A model generated the notes under the pieces. The model was not told the DNA's origin. It was given only the letters and a program-made list of their open reading frames with translations, and searched no databases. Below, in pieces: positions 62,725-64,000 of a stretch of DNA of 64,000 nucleotides (its first letter is position 1; each line of letters begins with the position of its first letter). The position numbers and the translations under genes are program-made. The DNA is from an uncultured Chloroflexia bacterium. Its GTDB lineage: Bacteria > Chloroflexota > Limnocylindria > Limnocylindrales > CSP1-4. The stretch covers positions 1,408,001 through 1,472,000 of the forward strand of contig OY970218.1 of NCBI GenBank assembly GCA_963713975.1. Reading direction: 5' to 3'.

Positions 62725-63813
62725 ATGGGACTCCCGTTCGCACCCCCGCTGGAGCCGATGCTGGCCAAGGCATCCGCGTCGCTGCCCGAAGGGGACGACT
62801 GGCTGTACGAGCCCAAGTGGGACGGCTTCCGCGCCATCGTCTTTCGTGATGGCGACGAGGTCTTCACCCAGAGCCGTGACCTCAAGCCCCTGGATCGCTA
62901 CTTCCCGGAGCTGGCGGCACCGTTCCTTGCCCAGCTGCCGGAGCGATGCGTGCTGGACGGCGAGGTGGTCATCGCACGCGACGGCGCGCTCGACTTCGAG
63001 GCCCTGCTGCTGCGCATCCACCCGGCCGCGTCACGGGTCGCCATGCTCGCCGCGGAGAGCCCGGCCTCGTTCGTGGCCTGGGACCTGCTGGCGCTCGGGG
63101 ATGACGACCTGCGGGACGTCCCGCAGGGCGAGCGCCGGGTGAGGCTCGTCGAGGCGCTGGCAGGTGTCGTCCTGCCCATCCACGTCACGCCGGCGACGCG
63201 CGACCGTGCCCTCGCCGCGGAGTGGTTCGACCAGTTCGAGGGCGCCGGCCTGGACGGCGTGGTCGCCAAGCGCCTCGAGGGCGCCTACCAGCCCGGAAAG
63301 CGGGCGATGCTCAAGATCAAGCACGGGCGGACGGCCGATTGCGTGATCGCCGGATTCCGCTGGCACAAGAACGGACCCGGAACCCACGTCGGCAGCCTGC
63401 TGCTCGGCCTGTTCGACGATGCGGGCACGCTCCACCATGTGGGCATCACCTCCTCGTTCACCTGGGAGCGGCGCGCGGCCCTGGTCGAGGAGCTCGCACC
63501 CCTTCGGGAGGGTGCGCTGGATACCCATCCGTGGGCGGAGTGGGCGGAGTGGGCGTCGCACGGGTCGGACGGGTCCGGGCAGCGGCTCCCGGGGGCCGGC
63601 TCGCGCTGGAACCGTGGCAAGGACCTGTCCTGGGAGCCGCTCCGCTGCGAGCGCGTCGCGGAGGTCGGCTACGACCACCTCCAGAGCGACCGCTTCCGGC
63701 ATGCGACGACGTTCAAGCGATGGCGCCCGGACAAGGCGCCGGGGGACTGCCGCTACGACCAGCTCGAGACGACCGCTCCGTTCGAGCTGGCGCGCATCTT
63801 CGGGCCGGCCTGA
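62725..63813 (+). CDS. ATP-dependent DNA ligase (LigC-like)
   Basis: YEPKWDGFR, LDGEVV, DGVVAK, GSLLLGL and RWRPDK; ATG lies 6 nt after TATGGT. Confidence 0.93.
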   Translation: MGLPFAPPLEPMLAKASASLPEGDDWLYEPKWDGFRAIVFRDGDEVFTQSRDLKPLDRYFPELAAPFLAQLPERCVLDGEVVIARDGALDFEALLLRIHPAASRVAMLAAESPASFVAWDLLALGDDDLRDVPQGERRVRLVEALAGVVLPIHVTPATRDRALAAEWFDQFEGAGLDGVVAKRLEGAYQPGKRAMLKIKHGRTADCVIAGFRWHKNGPGTHVGSLLLGLFDDAGTLHHVGITSSFTWERRAALVEELAPLREGALDTHPWAEWAEWASHGSDGSGQRLPGAGSRWNRGKDLSWEPLRCERVAEVGYDHLQSDRFRHATTFKRWRPDKAPGDCRYDQLETTAPFELARIFGPA

Positions 63814-63817
63814 GCCC

Positions 63818-64000
63818 ATGCCCGCGGGCGACGCCCCCAACGTCCTGGTCGTCCCCGCGAACCTGGTGGCGGCGCTCGCCATCGCCGGGTTCGCGGTCGC
63901 CCTGGTCGCGGCCCTTGTCACGCCGGTGCTGTCGCGGCTGGATCGCCTTGCAGCGTGGCGTGGCCCGCTGACCCTCGTTCCATACGCGCTGCTGCTCGCC
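63818..64000 (+). CDS. Partial hydrophobic/membrane protein (runs off the window)
   Basis: ATG at 63818, open to the end: MPAGDAPNVLVVPANLVAALAIAGFAVALVAALV... Confidence 0.5.
   Translation, partial: MPAGDAPNVLVVPANLVAALAIAGFAVALVAALVTPVLSRLDRLAAWRGPLTLVPYALLLA

Overview
A very GC-rich bacterial chromosome segment, mostly core genes. The gene repertoire, GAAC-N4-GTTC SOS boxes and frequent leaderless starts suggest Chloroflexota, possibly a Limnocylindria/Ellin6529-like lineage; this taxonomy is inference only. Contents: dinB followed by a LexA-boxed small gene; a dispersed folate-dependent histidine-utilisation and C1 cluster (cyclodeaminase-family gene, folD, fhs, hutH, hutU, formiminotransferase, hutI); argS; two surface-protein genes; a tdh-kbl operon; a GH13 glycosidase; tRNA-Glu(TTC); galU; a PASTA Ser/Thr kinase; folC-folP-folB; a response regulator-kinase-HtrA module; rplY; malic enzyme; and an ATP-dependent ligase. 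I saw no transposase, integrase, rRNA or CRISPR array. The most striking unexplained structure is the 22.5-29.2 kb block. Its two secreted proteins share a C-terminal TPPxTDT-linker-TM-LTP-basic tail, a candidate non-LPXTG sorting signal. The block is bracketed by an identical 53-bp direct repeat that folds into a 13-bp hairpin ending exactly in GCCA, like a tRNA minihelix. Also notable are a candidate anti-SD sRNA (18.9 kb), a possible kissing-loop RNA (13.1 kb) and an NPF-repeat insertion in a GNAT protein. All calls come from reading the sequence by eye; no database searches were run.
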